The notes below the pieces were generated by a model, which was given only the letters and a program-made list of their open reading frames with translations, was not told the origin of the DNA and did not search any database. A stretch of 24,000 nucleotides of DNA, taken from Actinomycetes bacterium (lineage in GTDB: Bacteria > Actinomycetota > Coriobacteriia > Coriobacteriales > Atopobiaceae). The stretch lies in assembly GCA_029546925.1 (NCBI GenBank), contig JAKPQM010000068.1:1-24000 (forward strand), written 5' to 3'. Position 1 is the stretch's first letter. Each line of letters begins with the position of its first letter. A program made the translations under genes and the position numbers. Below, in pieces: positions 23,012 through 24,000 of the stretch.

Positions 23012-24000
23012 CTAAACCGTAAGACACCTCTTCTCGAGGAACGCCGCAATACCGTCTTCTTCGTTACTGAGCGTGATGAAGTTCGCCTCGATCAGATTCT
23101 CGGCCGCCGCATTACCCATTGCGACAGAAATCCCTGATTTTCCGTAGAGCGACAGATCGTTAACGTAGTCACCGAAGCTTGCCGTATCTTTCTGATCGAT
23201 TCTATAGCTCTGCTGTATGAATTGCAGTGCAGCTCCCTTGTCAACGCCACCATGCGTGATACTCAATAGGCCGTTGCCGGTTGGCTCAAGGGTAACCTCG
23301 TAAGGATCGGTCATCGAGTACACCTGTCCGATTCTCGCGTCATCGTGTTCGTAGATGACGATTTTGAGGACTCTTTCTTTATCCGTAATATCTGCAGCCG
23401 TATTGATTTCGACATGGGACAACTGTATCCCATAGACATCGAGATAATAGCGCTCGACTTTCTCCATCTTGCGCCGAGCCTTATCAAGTCCTTTAGTCAT
23501 GTACATCACATCATCGGTATAAACAGTGAATGAATATCCTTCGCCCAAAAAGCTCTCCAACAAACTGCAGGCAGTTTCGACCTCCAGATGAATGGTATGC
23601 ACGGCTTTACCGAGCGCGTAATCGAACACCATCGCTCCGTTGCAGCTGATCGAGAAGCGACAATTTGGGATTCTGTCACGAATCGCGCTTATCATCTTCT
23701 CGTATCTCCCGCTGGCCAAACCTATCAAGGAGCGCTCACCGACACGCGAAAGGGCGTCGGATACACGTGCGGTGACCTTCTTATCATCAGTAAGCAGCGT
23801 GCCATCCAAGTCGAGTACGACGAGCTTTGGGAAGAGGCCATCGGATCCGCTTTGCAGAACTATGTCTAGCTGCCCGCAAAGCAGGCGGAATAATTCCGCA
23901 TACACCTTTTCTCCCAGTTCGGGAGATGCCGCCGAGGGATCGCCGTAATATCCAGCAGGATTTGCATGAATCCACTTTATCTCTGAAAGCCTGGCGCCCT
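23012..24000 (-). CDS. Cof-type HAD-IIB phosphatase domain. The ORF is open to the right window edge, so it is 5'-partial or carries an N-terminal extension.
   Basis: HAD motif I VVLDLDGTLL and motif IV GDYVNDLSL. The frame has no stop between 23905 (the track's GTG start) and 24000. Confidence 0.8.
   Translation of the reverse strand, partial: GARLSEIKWIHANPAGYYGDPSAASPELGEKVYAELFRLLCGQLDIVLQSGSDGLFPKLVVLDLDGTLLTDDKKVTARVSDALSRVGERSLIGLASGRYEKMISAIRDRIPNCRFSISCNGAMVFDYALGKAVHTIHLEVETACSLLESFLGEGYSFTVYTDDVMYMTKGLDKARRKMEKVERYYLDVYGIQLSHVEINTAADITDKERVLKIVIYEHDDARIGQVYSMTDPYEVTLEPTGNGLLSITHGGVDKGAALQFIQQSYRIDQKDTASFGDYVNDLSLYGKSGISVAMGNAAAENLIEANFITLSNEEDGIAAFLEKRCLTV

Overview
High-GC Gram-positive-type DNA; an Actinomycetota or Coriobacteriia-like host is my inference from composition and gene content. 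The window has two parts.

(1) Positions 1 to about 9222 are the right-hand part of an integrative conjugative element (ICE), entirely on the minus strand. It carries a partial downstream gene, a VirB4-like ATPase, PrgI-like and Maff2-like membrane proteins, a VirD4-type coupling protein and a PcfB/DUF3801-like protein. It also carries a DnaC/IstB-like ATPase, a winged-helix initiator-like protein and three excisionase-type HTH proteins. No integrase or relaxase lies in the window. The ICE abuts an intact tRNA-Pro(CGG). That tRNA sits in an att-like region with a perfect 40-bp duplication of its 5' half and phased TTGTGGCCA and CCTGCGA motif arrays.

(2) Positions 9.7-24 kb look chromosomal and have visibly lower GC:
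- a small membrane protein
- a YjjI/YjjW-type glycyl-radical enzyme and activase pair of unknown function
- an SPFH plus ribbon-helix-helix operon
- a GntR/HutC regulator
- a small helical protein plus a P-loop kinase-like protein
- an aldolase plus PTS IIA-IIB-IIC (ascorbate/SgaT family) operon
- an AAA+/DUF4143 ATPase with a PD-(D/E)xK-like motif
- a DeoR regulator and a membrane protein
- a Cof-type HAD hydrolase whose frame stays open past the right edge

The signals most worth follow-up are non-coding:
- a bipartite promoter-like element present three times in the ICE (25/40 invariant positions plus TAYAAA exactly 35 nt downstream)
- an array of palindromic repeats between the initiator-like and DnaC-like genes
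- a 12-bp GC helix that sequesters the RBS of the first conjugation gene
- the unusual 5'-half tRNA duplication

All calls come from reading the sequence and recalling protein families. No database search was run.
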